From assembly GCA_002633005.1 (NCBI GenBank), contig NMRA01000054.1, forward strand, positions 562,952-626,951: 64,000 nucleotides of DNA. Direction: 5' to 3'. Shown here piece by piece: positions 11,415 to 23,000 of the stretch; the stretch's first letter is position 1, and every line of letters starts with the position of its first letter. A program made the position numbers and the translations under genes. This DNA comes from Phoronis australis (Eukaryota > Animalia > Phoronida). The notes beneath the pieces were generated by a model. It saw only the letters and a program-made list of their open reading frames with translations, searched no databases and was not told the DNA's origin.

Positions 11415-11812
11415 CTTAAAGAAGGATAAATATAAAAACACAATGAAGTTTAAACTGGTCCTCTGGACATATTGGTCTCTGAGTGCTGCAGATACAAACT
11501 AACAACCATCTTTACGATAAACAAGCTCAAGTTTTCTTTACCAGGGTATATTTCTAATTTCCATCTTGCTTGAACATGATAATTTTAGAAGTGTTGTAGC
11601 ATATTGGACACAGTTTGACCATTGTGCCATTATCTGATGGCAAAAATACAAGCAAGCTATTTAGCAAAATAATGGAATTGAACTATCAAATAAATATATC
11701 TTAATTATGACAAAGAGCTGAAGCAACCCCTTTTTTCAATGATTTCACATTTCCAATTGCCAAAGATGAGGTGTGAGCAATATTAAACGAAAACAAATCA
11801 AAGAGAACTTAC

Positions 11813-11895
11813 TTGGTTTTCTAATTGTTCAATTTGTTGAGTGAGGTTTTTCACGACTTGTTCCAGTCCATTGGATTGTTCACATGTTGGACATC
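11813..11895 (-). CDS. NELL: NELL-like exon: CPTC motif and coiled coil
   Basis: Acceptor attctag and donor gtaagt; 83 bp, phase 1-0. Encodes CPTCEQSNGLEQVVKNLTQQIEQLENQ. Confidence 0.92.
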
Positions 11896-12761
11896 CTAGA
11901 ATATAGTTTGGCTTTGTTATTGGATGAATGAATTATAAAAGTAACCATGAAGGGATTCATGGCATGGTTGGAAAAACACTGGACTTTTTGCCAGTTTAGC
12001 CCACTTCATCATAATTCTTCAGCTGACTGCACAAATAATTTCTAAACACAATTCCTTTCCATTTTTTTTGGACCCTGGCTACCTTGCCCCTAACACCTAA
12101 TCAAAATTAATTTTTTACCCTATTTTTTACCAACCAACAGCTCTACAGTACAAATCAGAGTTAAAATTTGGTATGAAGAAATTTCTAAATGTTTCTTTTT
12201 GCTGCCACCTTTCCACCTCTTCGTGTCCCAAATATTTTTAAAATTATTGTATTGCCAGGCCCAAGGAAGGCAGGCTTGATGTACTGGGACCCCTTAAGCT
12301 TATCAACACACTCATGTATTTCACTCATTCCAGGGGTACATTACATAGAAGCAAGACAACAATGATAAGTAATTAAGACAGTGTGATTACGTGCTTCACT
12401 TCTCCCACATGTTATCTGACAAAGACTTGCATGACCTAGCACTTTCAGAAGTTTCTTGCATTTTCGGAATGCAGTCCAAGATTCTACATTCAATGCTCTT
12501 TCATTTAAGGTATCAGCACTATTAAAATAGCTTTCTGTCAATTCAAAATTCCTTAATGGGACAAATATTCCTAATATTATTGGCTGCAAATTAAATTGGG
12601 AAATATTTTTGATGCAGTGAAGGATATGGTGACTAAAGGGTGTATTATTGACACAGACCCATGCATAATAATAATAATTGCAGGCATCTACTGTATGTAC
12701 AAAAACTGAAAACAAAATTTGAATCTTTTATTAAAAATATGTATTCGTTGAAAACACCTAC

Positions 12762-12831
12762 TTTTGTCTTCAGGGCACTGCAATAAATAGCCATGGTTTC
12801 CAAATGCAATTTTGACATCTCGTAACGACCC
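12762..12831 (-). CDS. NELL: NELL-like exon: end of TSPN/LamG domain
   Basis: Acceptor ttttcag and donor gtaggt; 70 bp, phase 0-1. Encodes GSLRDVKIAFGNHGYLLQCPEDK. Confidence 0.9.
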
Positions 12832-13250
12832 CTGAAAATAAAACATATAAATGCAAAGCAATGTGCCAGACAAAAGCCAAGAGATCACTGCAAGAAATTA
12901 TACCCACCACAAATATTTCTCAGTTTAGGACACAATTTGGCAGTCAATGTAATTTTTAAGAAAATTACAATTTGCTTTTACCATGGTGAGTATGGTACAA
13001 CTGTCATCAAAGAACAATTGATAAAGCTTTGAGGATTTGGAACAATTTTTGTAGAGCCCTTAAAAGTAAAAAAATGACAATTTTACTGAGTACTTTCATG
13101 CTAAATTGAAGAATTTTTACTACTGATTTGAAAATGATGATACTAAAACACATAGAAGCTAGGTGCAATAGAAATTGCCTGTGAACATCAATCATCCTGG
13201 CAAATGATCAACAGTTCAACTGTGGAAGCTAAATGACTGGCAATATGTTG

Positions 13251-13477
13251 TTTTGCTCACATACAGTTACTTAGCAACATCATATTTTGCTCACAAACAG
13301 TTACTTAGCAACACCATATTTTGCTCACATACTGTTACTTAGCAACATCATATTTTGCTCACATACTGTTACTTAGCAACATCATATTTTGCACACATAC
13401 TGTTACTTAGCAACATCATATTTTGCTCACATACTGTTACTTAGCAACATCATATTTTGCTCACATACTGTTACTTA
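13251..13477 (+). repeat. 34-bp minisatellite, about 6.7 copies
   Basis: Unit ATATTTTGCTCACATACTGTTACTTAGCAACATC repeated head-to-tail with no spacers. Confidence 0.95.
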
Positions 13478-13760
13478 CTGACGCACAAAGGAGATTATCC
13501 AATTTTATTAAAATTCAAGTTATCAGTCAAAATCTATACATCATTCAGGATTGTGGACATAATAAATTCATAGTCTGAATCAGTAGCAGGTTCAGTGAAT
13601 ACTGAATTTACACTTGTATCTCATGGGTGGACAGCACTCAAATAAGAGGGGGACTATAGCCCCCCAGCACCCANTCACTATGTCCAATTTGACCCACTAT
13701 GATGTCTATTTAGACCCATTATATCCATATTGTTTTGTGACTCAGGTATTTTTCACTTAC

Positions 13761-14025
13761 CTTAAAAATAGAGATACGTCGGCTTCTCTGCCCCAGCCAT
13801 AACTCCCATGACTCTTTACATTTGTCAATAGTCCTTATAGTCCGTTTGTACACAAGGTTGCAATCAATGTACAGGGATAGCACAGTGCCGCTTACAATGA
13901 CGGCAACTTTGTGCCATGTGTGATCAGCAAGTTTATATGGCATGGTCTCCGTCACGCCACTACCGTTCACTGTGTAGTGAAGGCGAATCTCACTTCGTGG
14001 ACCACTACTCTCAAGCTCCAGTGCA
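13761..14025 (-). CDS. NELL: NELL-like exon: TSPN/LamG core
   Basis: Acceptor ccttacag and donor gtaagt; 265 bp, phase 2-0. Encodes ALELESSGPRSEIRLHYTVNGSGVTETMPYKLADHTWHKVAVIVSGTVLSLYIDCNLVYKRTI...LWLGQRSRRISIFK, matching the NELL1/2 pattern ELESSG..EIR.HY...ADG.WHK...DCN...WLGQR. Confidence 0.96.
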
Positions 14026-15288
14026 CTGTAAGGAAAACCAGGACCTAGTAAAATTTGAACAAAACGAAGTATGACAAAATACTATATATTCATTTGTAAT
14101 TGGAAATAATGATTAAAAGTCCTATTTTAAACAGCTACAATTTGTAAGCTGAAAAACAAAAAACGAAGGGCAGTGGTAACCCAACTGCAGGTGCAGTAGA
14201 GTGATGACTCAGCGAAGTCAAGAATCAAATTCTTAAAAAACGTGTTTAACAAAAGAAAAAAATAATAGTCAACTCTTACTTGTCAGTTGTATTTATTTAC
14301 CATTTAACTTCCTTAGGATATTTTGTAGGTCGGGTTGCAGTGCTCAACACAATAGAGGCTCGAAATTAAATTTTGGTTAAAAGGATACCAAGCCCAGTTT
14401 TGGCCCATTAGCAGATAATAAAAACCAATCTCCCATCTATTCCTCTGGAACAAAATACTCTGTACATTACCTACCATTCTCCTGGAGTGTAAATATCAAG
14501 AAATTTCCACTATCACCATCTAATCTAGAATCACGCTCCATTAAACTTGTCAAGCAAGCCTTTTGTGTTGGTACACAATACTGTGGTTAAGCTGGTCAGA
14601 GCTAGTACAGTTACACAAAGGAATCAACAGTTGAAAATTATATCTAATTTCTCTGAAAGTCAACCATTTTTCTCCATTCGAAGGTTTTTAGTATTTCATA
14701 CAAAACACATCTGCTTCACAACATTTGTTGAAAATTGTTTGCAAATTGTATTTTTAAATATTGGTTAGTGTCAGGTGCACTGTTTAAAACATAATTGCTG
14801 CATTATGTCAGCTTATCACAAGAAAGCAGACAAAAGGAGAGCTGGACTGTGTAAACATTGGTTTGCCACAGTCAAACTGATAACAACTCAGTTTTACCCT
14901 GACTGGCTGATCAGTCAGCTGTCCTGATACTCATTCCACAGTGAGGGTGCCTAATGAACTGAACCATCGACAACTTTCAAAAGTTTGGAGAAACCTCCTT
15001 TCAAAGTCTGCTAAATGGCCAAACATGACCTATAGTTTTAGCGAATTACTCGGCAATTGTAGAAAAAGACCATCCACCAAAAACCATACTGTTCAACTTG
15101 TGACATAGGGGGTATGAAGTTTTAATTGATTCCTGCTTTTTACTTGGACGATCCCCTTGACGCCAATGATGCATTAGCAGCCTGACAGACCTGGATTGGA
15201 GGAAATCAGTCATCAAGACAGGGTTTAGTATCCTTTTAAAAGTCCTAAACAGTGCAATTACAAGTCGCACAAAGTGCATTTAGCTCAC

Positions 15289-15439
15289 CTTTCACCTTGA
15301 TTTGTAAAAGCTATAAGGCTGCCAACATTGCCCCTTTTCTGTTTCACTGATGCAAGTATAGAAAACACTTGGTGGGCCTGGAAGTACTGGGTGGCATTAT
15401 GAATCAGATGCTGAGGCATTTTCAGGGTTCGGTTTGAAT
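15289..15439 (-). CDS. NELL: NELL-like exon: TSPN N-terminal part
   Basis: Acceptor ttttccag and donor gtgagc; 151 bp, phase 1-2. Encodes SNRTLKMPQHLIHNATQYFQAHQVFSILASVKQKRGNVGSLIAFTNQGE. Confidence 0.9.
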
Positions 15440-15609
15440 CTGGAAAACAGCCGAATTGCTTAGATTATAAACGTGTTTGCAACAATGGTTTTTCAGTTGG
15501 TGACATTTTCACAATAAAAATTAAGTTAAAGCATTTATATCAAAATTCTATGAAAAAAACATAAACTAGTGTGCTGGGCACAGCTGTACAGTGGGCAAAT
15601 AACTCAAAG

Positions 15610-15640
15610 CATAGACTATAGTACATGTCTATAATCTATG
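15610..15640. mobile_element. 31-bp transposon footprint or micro-MITE with CATAG...CTATG ends and 7-bp TSD (P-superfamily-like)
   Basis: CATAGACTATAG is inverted against CTATAATCTATG (11 of 12 match). CTCAAAG flanks both sides (15603-15609, 15641-15647). Confidence 0.7.
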
Positions 15641-16242
15641 CTCAAAGCAGAGTTACACCTTTTCAAATGTAATTGTTAAAAAGCTGCCTATTGTTTGTAA
15701 GACTGATAAACTATTTTTGGCACGTGAAGAGGAAACATGAAACATGACATTATGACTCATTTCAACTTTGTTGCTGAAAACATTGTTATTTTTATCTTAT
15801 ATTCCCCCGGCTGTTGTGAAGTTGTTTACCACTATCAAACATCAGGCGACACTATGTGTAAAATGTCGCTCTAATGCGCGTACCTGAAACTGGTGTCACC
15901 AGCCGAGGTACTCCGTGTAAACCCCAAACTAATTAGCGTCCATGCTGGAAGCGACACCTATAGTTTTTCTGTCAACTAGAACATACCAACAGCAGAGACC
16001 GTTACGTCTTTGCTTGCAGTGAAAATATCCGTCGCATGTCTGTCTACCATGGGCCCGCCACATGGAGTTAACTCGGTAGGCTCTATCAGTCTATGGAAGC
16101 CGTGACAACATAACTTTGTCTAGTACAAAGCACTGATGAGAGACAGTCATTGCTGTTTACAAATGATGTTGCATATGCTTTAGTCATTGCCATACGATGT
16201 CCAAATATTCAAGTAGTCGAAAACTAGTCTAATCATACTTAC

Positions 16243-16374
16243 TCTCAAAAACAAATGTTACAGAATTGCCTTCGAGATTAGCTATTAAGGACACGCCACC
16301 TTCCTCAGTTTTTTGTCTCAGTTCCTCAGTGAGATCAATCACATGGTCTGGCATCTGGATAAAGGAGCTGCAAA
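16243..16374 (-). CDS. NELL: NELL-like exon 2: end of signal peptide and start of mature protein
   Basis: Acceptor atttttcag and donor gtaagt; 132 bp, phase 1-1. Encodes CSSFIQMPDHVIDLTEELRQKTEEGGVSLIANLEGNSVTFVFE and is in phase with the next exon. Confidence 0.85.
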
Positions 16375-17102
16375 CTGAAAAATAACACATGGTTCAATGC
16401 GTAACTCATTGTTGTAGATTCGAGTTCATTTCAATATTTCAGTCATGAGCCATCCCCAGGAATACCACAAAACTGCGTGCTTGGCTGGAACTCAGTACCG
16501 GAATACTAGTACCCTGGCGATTCCGATACCTCACTGGCGTTTCCGCCAAAATCGAGGAAAATTACTCATACAAATTTCGACTGGCAAAACTAGACTCATT
16601 TTAGTGGTTGCGTTGTGCAGTCTCACCCGCATCGTGGGGATTCTGGATTAGTACCTATTCCACGTTTACTAGTAGGCCTAACTTTAACAGTCACCTCTTG
16701 TCAGTACACATGATGAATTGTAACACAAACTAGATAAACTTGTTCAAATATATATAATTGCTCTTTCAACGTTGGTATTAAAGTTAATCATAACAAACAT
16801 AGCCACAGGGGGAAAACTTTGGACGTCTGCGCCTTGGTCTATTCTCTGTACTAGACTGAAATCGAACTCGGAATTATTTTTAGCCTTCTCCGTCCTAAAC
16901 CCAAATAAATGTCTATTTTTCTATGCTCACGTAATGCACACGAGTTTCCAGTCCAGTTGCTATATCCCTAGATTCAACTTAAATCTCGAATAAAAACGTG
17001 AGCTTTCGAGTAAAAAGTGGATCCTTCGAGTTCGGACTGCAAGTTATTGCTTTAGTGCTGGGGTCATCAGCAAGTGAAAGCTATGGTTAGACAGTCATCC
17101 AC

Positions 17103-17139
17103 GTAAACCAAAACATAACAATAATATAATTATAGACAT
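17103..17139 (-). CDS. NELL: Candidate NELL first coding exon (signal peptide)
   Basis: ATG...MSIIILLLCFGL plus 1 nt, phase 1, giving MSIIILLLCFGLLCSS-F when spliced to exon 2. The donor (GTGGAT) is weak. Confidence 0.35.
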
Positions 17140-17868
17140 CGCTATCTTGAATTCGTAGGCAATAAAAGTACAATGGAAAATGTCAATTTGAGTTCGATTT
17201 TGAATACAAAAATTAAACACTGGGCCCTGATCGCAAACACAAGGACGTATCTCTCGACAGCCCCTTTTCGGACTGGTAATTAAATTAAGTGGACCTGTGT
17301 GGTTCTCTGGCTCCTACCAATTAGATGATTTGTTTGTTATGACTGTGTTATTAGGATAACAATAACAACAAGTGTGTGTGGTATTGTTTCTGGGTCAGAT
17401 CCTAGTGGCAAAACCGTTGAAGGTTATAAAAATATATTGCAATCATTAAAATGTTCAATAAATGGCACATGGTTACAGTAAAAGTTTATGTCAATCATTT
17501 CCGAAAGTCTAACAAAGTCTAAGCATAAAGTAAAACGCCACTGATTTCGAAAATCTCAGACAATGACAGTTATTTAGCGGATAAAATTCAGTGGTTTTCA
17601 AACTCGGGGACCACGATTGAAAAATATAATTCAGTTTTTTATATTTTTAAAAGTGCACCAAACTGAGAGATGAAAAAGTTGATGTTTAATGAATAACTTC
17701 TTTTTTCAAATTGGTAAGCAGCAAATTCTCAAGAGAAACTATAACAGACTGCACGGCTATGACGATTCGAGAACAATCCGACAGGAACTAAAAATCGGTG
17801 ATACGTAAGCACCTATTGCAGCCGCAGAATGAATTCACCTATGAAAGATTATCCTTAAGGTACTTAAA

Positions 17869-18028
17869 TGGCGTGAAAACTGATTTTCAGAGACCAGCCT
17901 CAGTGGGGAATTGAACCTGCCACCTCCGCGGTCGTAGTCAACACTCTACTGGCGGAGCTAAATGCGACCCAATGGGAGAGTAGTTGAAGCGTATTCAGCT
18001 GCTCAAGTCACCGACCTTGATTTCAACA
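17869..18028 (-). mobile_element. tRNA-like repeat (SINE or solo LTR with internal tRNA-like module)
   Basis: Minus strand starts TGTTGAAAT, has about 65 nt before an A-box-like TAGCTCCGCCAGTAGAG and a B-box GGTTCAATTCC, and ends TTTTCACGCCA. Confidence 0.6.
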
Positions 18029-19058
18029 AGTGGCTGGTAGACAACGACGAGAATTAACGATTTGTGATGTAATCACAACTGTTTTTGTTGTTGCGTAACT
18101 CTGAACAAAGCTAAGAACTTCAGGCAGCCAATCCCACGCAACAATTACCATGTAAAACCGATAATGTCTTCGTGTTAAAACAACATTTCGTGAAAATAAT
18201 GAAACATTTCACATGGATTAAATAGACAGAGCCTTTAAGTTCAAATCACTTTTCCCATGGCGTAACACAAATAGGGAACAAGTGCAAAGCACTAACATCA
18301 ACTCTCATTGTCAGATTACGCTGAAAGTACAGAAGATAGCAACTCAGCGAAACCCAACTAATTGACAAAACTCTCCAAAGAAAACACATAATCAGGCAAC
18401 GTCATTTTGAGCTGGGAAAATAATGACACTAACACTCAATTAACATGTTGGAACCGATAAAAAACTCATTAACCGAGACCATTTACTATCACGTTGGCCT
18501 GCAAAAGACAAAATATCAAAGCCGAAGCAGGCTCTTGAAAGTGTTTCTTTAGCAGTTCTTTTGTTATCCGTCACATATGACGTAGTTCGAACTGAAAACG
18601 AGAGAGCAATCTTAACAATGAGGCACAAATCACGAAACTGTCTAGACTTGTCTAACTAAGGTATTAGTGCGTTCGGGAATTATCTGGGCTTCCCTAAAAT
18701 GCATAGGTCTGCACAGATTAATTTCTGCTGGACTTGCGTAGGCATTGTCATCGATTCTAGCGGGTAATCTGTTCTGTAATTATCTCAATCTCAGCTTGAA
18801 AATATTATTTAAATGTGGCCATAACTTGATAGTTCAAAAAGTGTTTTCGTGATTTTCACTCAAAACTGATCTCGTCACCTGATATTGTATAATTAGTACA
18901 TCTCGGAAAGACGTGAGCACAGGTTAGCGAAAACTCTGCCCTCACTGTCACAAAGAGTTTTGTATGTATATTTAATAGACATAAATCGACTTTGTGTGTT
19001 CTGACAAAAAATATAATAAGAAAACATTCCTGCCAATACTGACTTTATATTTTTTTAA

Positions 19059-20012
19059 TAGAGAGCTTTCGCAAAGCGACGTGAACGTGAATTATCACGC
19101 ATATATAATACCGCGTCGTACATGCCATTGTTGGCTGTGACGTAATCCCGATAGTGTTTGAGAATTTTACGCGAATACAGGGAGATTCACGTTGCTTTAA
19201 ACCTGTGGCCCTTTTTGATTCTTATATGGTAGGACATCAAAATGATTTTTATTTTGATAGGTTTCTTAATCTTTCTTCTTTGCTTCAGTATAAAATGAAC
19301 ACAATTCTTTTAGTCTAGTAATGTTCTTAAAGTTCATTTGCAAGAAAGCATCTTTTCCAAAAGCCTTATGCTGCCAGGGTTGGCTGGATATCATTGAACT
19401 AGATTGGATTTTAACAGACATAATTTTGTGTTGTTGAACTTTTTACATGCTTAATTTACATGCATCTATTTATTTTAAACTGCAAATAAATTTCGCATTC
19501 TAAGAGTTGACCATTTCTCGCAGGAGTTCGTAGAAACGACTTTTTTCACGTAAAAGAAGTTCCATTAGCAGAGTGACTTTTAAGTTTTTTTTGCAAACTA
19601 GCAATTATTCAGTTCACGTTTACTTTCACGTTCACGTAACAGAGGCGGATCCAGGATTTTGAGTTAGGGGGGCGAGGCCAGGTCACAGGAATAACCCGAA
19701 TTTTGGCAGGCGCGGGCGCCCAGCCTAAAATGTAGGTATGCAGGGGTCTCGAAAAAACTGTAAACGGGATATCTTCGGGTCCTATGCATTGTTTATTCAC
19801 CTCCCGAGCCCCTCTGGTTGCGCGCATGTGCTAGTCAGCAATTAACCCAAAATGCCCTATCTGATAGAGTTTTGGGGGGCATGACCCCCTTGCCCCCCTC
19901 CCCCTTAAATCCGGCACTGCGTAAACATTTAGCTGTTACTGTAACGTGAATCGATACGTGCAATTAAGCAGCGTGATAATTCAAGTTCACGTCGCTTTGC
20001 GAAACCTCTCTA
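19059..20012. mobile_element. MITE with ~43-bp TIRs (TAGAGAG...CTCTCTA) flanked by TTAA
   Basis: TAGAGAGCTTTCGCAAAGCGACGTGAACGTGAATTATCACGC is inverted against GCGTGATAATTCAAGTTCACGTCGCTTTGCGAAACCTCTCTA. TTAA at 19055-19058 and 20013-20016. Confidence 0.9.
19640..19919. mobile_element. Nested hAT-like MITE (CAG...CTG ends) with 5-bp TSD
   Basis: CAGAGGCGGATCCAGG...TAAATCCGGCACTG with G/C-rich subterminal runs. CGTAA is duplicated at 19635-19639 and 19920-19924. Confidence 0.85.
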
Positions 20013-23000
20013 TTAACATTGGAGCCAACCAACAACATAACAGGTTTTAAAATGGAAACATACTCTGAAAAACTTTGTGGCATTTGTTGCTTGGGGTTGT
20101 TCCACCTGTGGTGGTGTTCGGTAACTTTTGTAAAATCTTTGTCATATTCAACTTGTGACTCCAAACGGAGGACGTCCTCGCCACATTCCGAATCCTCATT
20201 GCTCCACACCGATGAAAACAAGACACAGATTTCATCTATTAATGATGATTTAAACTGCCATAAGAGTGTATGTCTTTCCTTATATATAGCAGAAATGAGA
20301 CTCAGAAAACAATAGTTGTAGTCCTCTGTTGAGAATGACGACTATAGATTTTTTTTCTGCCTTCAACTGGCAGCGGTGAAAATGATTGCTCTTCGGGATG
20401 CCGTTTTATCAGAGGTCGCACACCTCGGCGGTCAAAGACACATATTTTTGTGAATGCGATGCTGTATTTTTCACAAGAACGAAAACTTGCCACTGGCATT
20501 AAGTTGACAAATTTTCACTTGGTTGTGAACAAAATCAAAATCCAAGTCAGCTTGCCTGGTGCTTGTCATTAACACATTTGTACATGTTTTTCACTTGATA
20601 GTCAATCATGCTTCTTAGATTCTCTCTTCTTTAAGATAGACATGAGGTTAAAAAACTGAGTCAAGCACTCGGGCGGGGCTTATTCCTCTTTAGTTGATGA
20701 GGAATCGAATTTTCTCAGATAAATCGGACAAAGTTCAGTTTTTCATCAGATGACCATCGGAAGATATTATTTATCCCCAAAGCTTGCTGACGTCATCACA
20801 TGACATGTCACGCGTCGCAAGAAATATTTAATATTCAAAATTCTTTTACTCTCGCTCCTTGTATAAAAGGGAAATCAAGAGATATGCTAATTAAGCCTAT
20901 CAATCTAGATTTCGCATGTTTGCATCACTTTCGACATCCAGTTGTAATCGAAGGAAAACCTGTAATTGAATTAACGCGGTCAAATTTTGGCAAGGATATA
21001 GTGGGCACTGTGAATTTCTGACGCGTTTTTTGATTTCTAAATGCCTTGGACATTTATTCTCTGTATCAATGGAAATACATGTCATATCAGAGTAAGCACT
21101 CCTAACACAACGTTTGGCGCAAGAGACCAAATCACACAGAAACCGCGTGATTCTACGACAGACGCAAATCATGGGGTATCGTAAGAGTGGAAGGCGTAAG
21201 TTGCGACAACAGCCACTCTCGTTAACACGTGTCAAGCGCAGTGTCGGATTAACAGCAAGGCATTGAGATATGCGAGAGATTATCAGTTTGCAAAAATGTT
21301 TGTAGCTGTGTCTTTGTATAATTATTATTTTTTAGAAACAGTACTCTGGAATCCAAACTTGTTTCTAGTAGGTTGACGTCTGCAACTAAACACACAACAA
21401 AAATCACATCCACAATTTTACAGATATTTCGACATGCAAGCAGACGCTCTCGTCTGACCGGCATAGAGCCAAACAGAAATTTCTAAGACAGAATGGAATT
21501 AAACAATCCCCCTTCGATTGCGTTCACGTTATGACTCTTTATAATACGCACCTTCAAGATAGTGGTTTTCCATATTCGTGTTATGTTCTATAACTATCAC
21601 CTGACAATGTTTTGAGAAATTGTGGCCATTCACGACAATGTTAGAAGTCCTTTGAAATGAACAAGCATAGAAATTAATTTTGTACGAAGTTGGTGAGATT
21701 ATATGACTTGCACAATAATCGATGTCAAAAATGTCGAAGTTTATTATTTATTGAATTTCAGGCTACATCATATGGTCATTAATTAACTCTAACCTCTCTA
21801 TTTGGTTTCCAGTTCTAACTAAGGTATGATAGCTGAATTCTAACGTTTGAGGGAAATTTGTCACATGGTCTACATTAAGAATCATGTCACAAAAAGACAC
21901 CACTGAATGGAATCAGCGTATAAGTCGCAATGGGTTCATCTAAACGCTGTCGATGGGGGCTGAGTTCCTCATCTTCAAATTTGCTGTCGAATCTTCCAAA
22001 CACAGTTCTTTCATCCACACAGCGCCCCCTTCTTGCTGTTGTTGTCCTGTTCGTTGCAACAACACTAAGTATATTCAAACCACGAATGACGTAATAGAAG
22101 TTACAATTTCAAGCTAAACTTCCTTTTGCCATAGGGTGTGCCAGATTGGTTTGCGCTGTGTAAAATGATTCAGTGTCCCCCTGGATTCAGTATCCGGCCT
22201 GCATGTATTTGAGTGGATCATCTGGGTAATTCCCTTAACAACGCGGGGCACCCTAAAAATAACCAGGTAGGACACTAAGCTCGGCAGAAGATAGACTCCT
22301 ATCATTGTAAGGAATATTACGAGACCGATTTTATAAATAATGCATTAAGAATGGACAAAAACGTACTACATCACCCAGTTGAAGACATGTACAGTTGCAA
22401 TGGATATTAGCCTTTGCATTGATGTGATACTTCGCGCATACACCTATACACGAAAATTTGAAAAAATATTTCGGATGTTGGTGCATCGGCTTAAACATGC
22501 ACATATTGCGTTATAACTAAAGTAATTTCAAAGTATTTACTTAGCTGTGAGTGTAGGTCAACTGTTGAGATGTGGCCCTGGGTTCCACAAATTAAAAGTA
22601 TGCGAACGCCATTGACTCATATAATATAATTCAACTTCATACCAACACTTATTTTCAACATCAAAGTTTTATGTGCACGGATACGTTCTTAACAAATATC
22701 CTCTGGAACTAAGGCTTGGTAGACCCCAACATGTTCTGGTTTCCTTTTCAACGAGTTCATTGGCTATTGGTATCTAATTTATCTGTTATTCAGTTATGAA
22801 TAATTACATGACGTAATCGCATCACAAGATTAATGAATACAAATCTAGTAAACCTAAGTCGATATTCAAATTGATACTTTTAAGTTATGATCTGTGCCTG
22901 TCTGATAAAAATTAACAAAACTGCCTTCTCACATCAAGCGGCTGTGCCCGGGCTTCTGGCACGTTCAGCACCTGCAACACAAGGTAATACAAGCATGTGC

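Noticed and set aside
13251-13477. CRISPR-like array (34-bp repeats with weak dyad symmetry)
   Set aside because: Repeats are contiguous with no spacers, there are no cas genes, and the site is a eukaryotic intron. It is a minisatellite.
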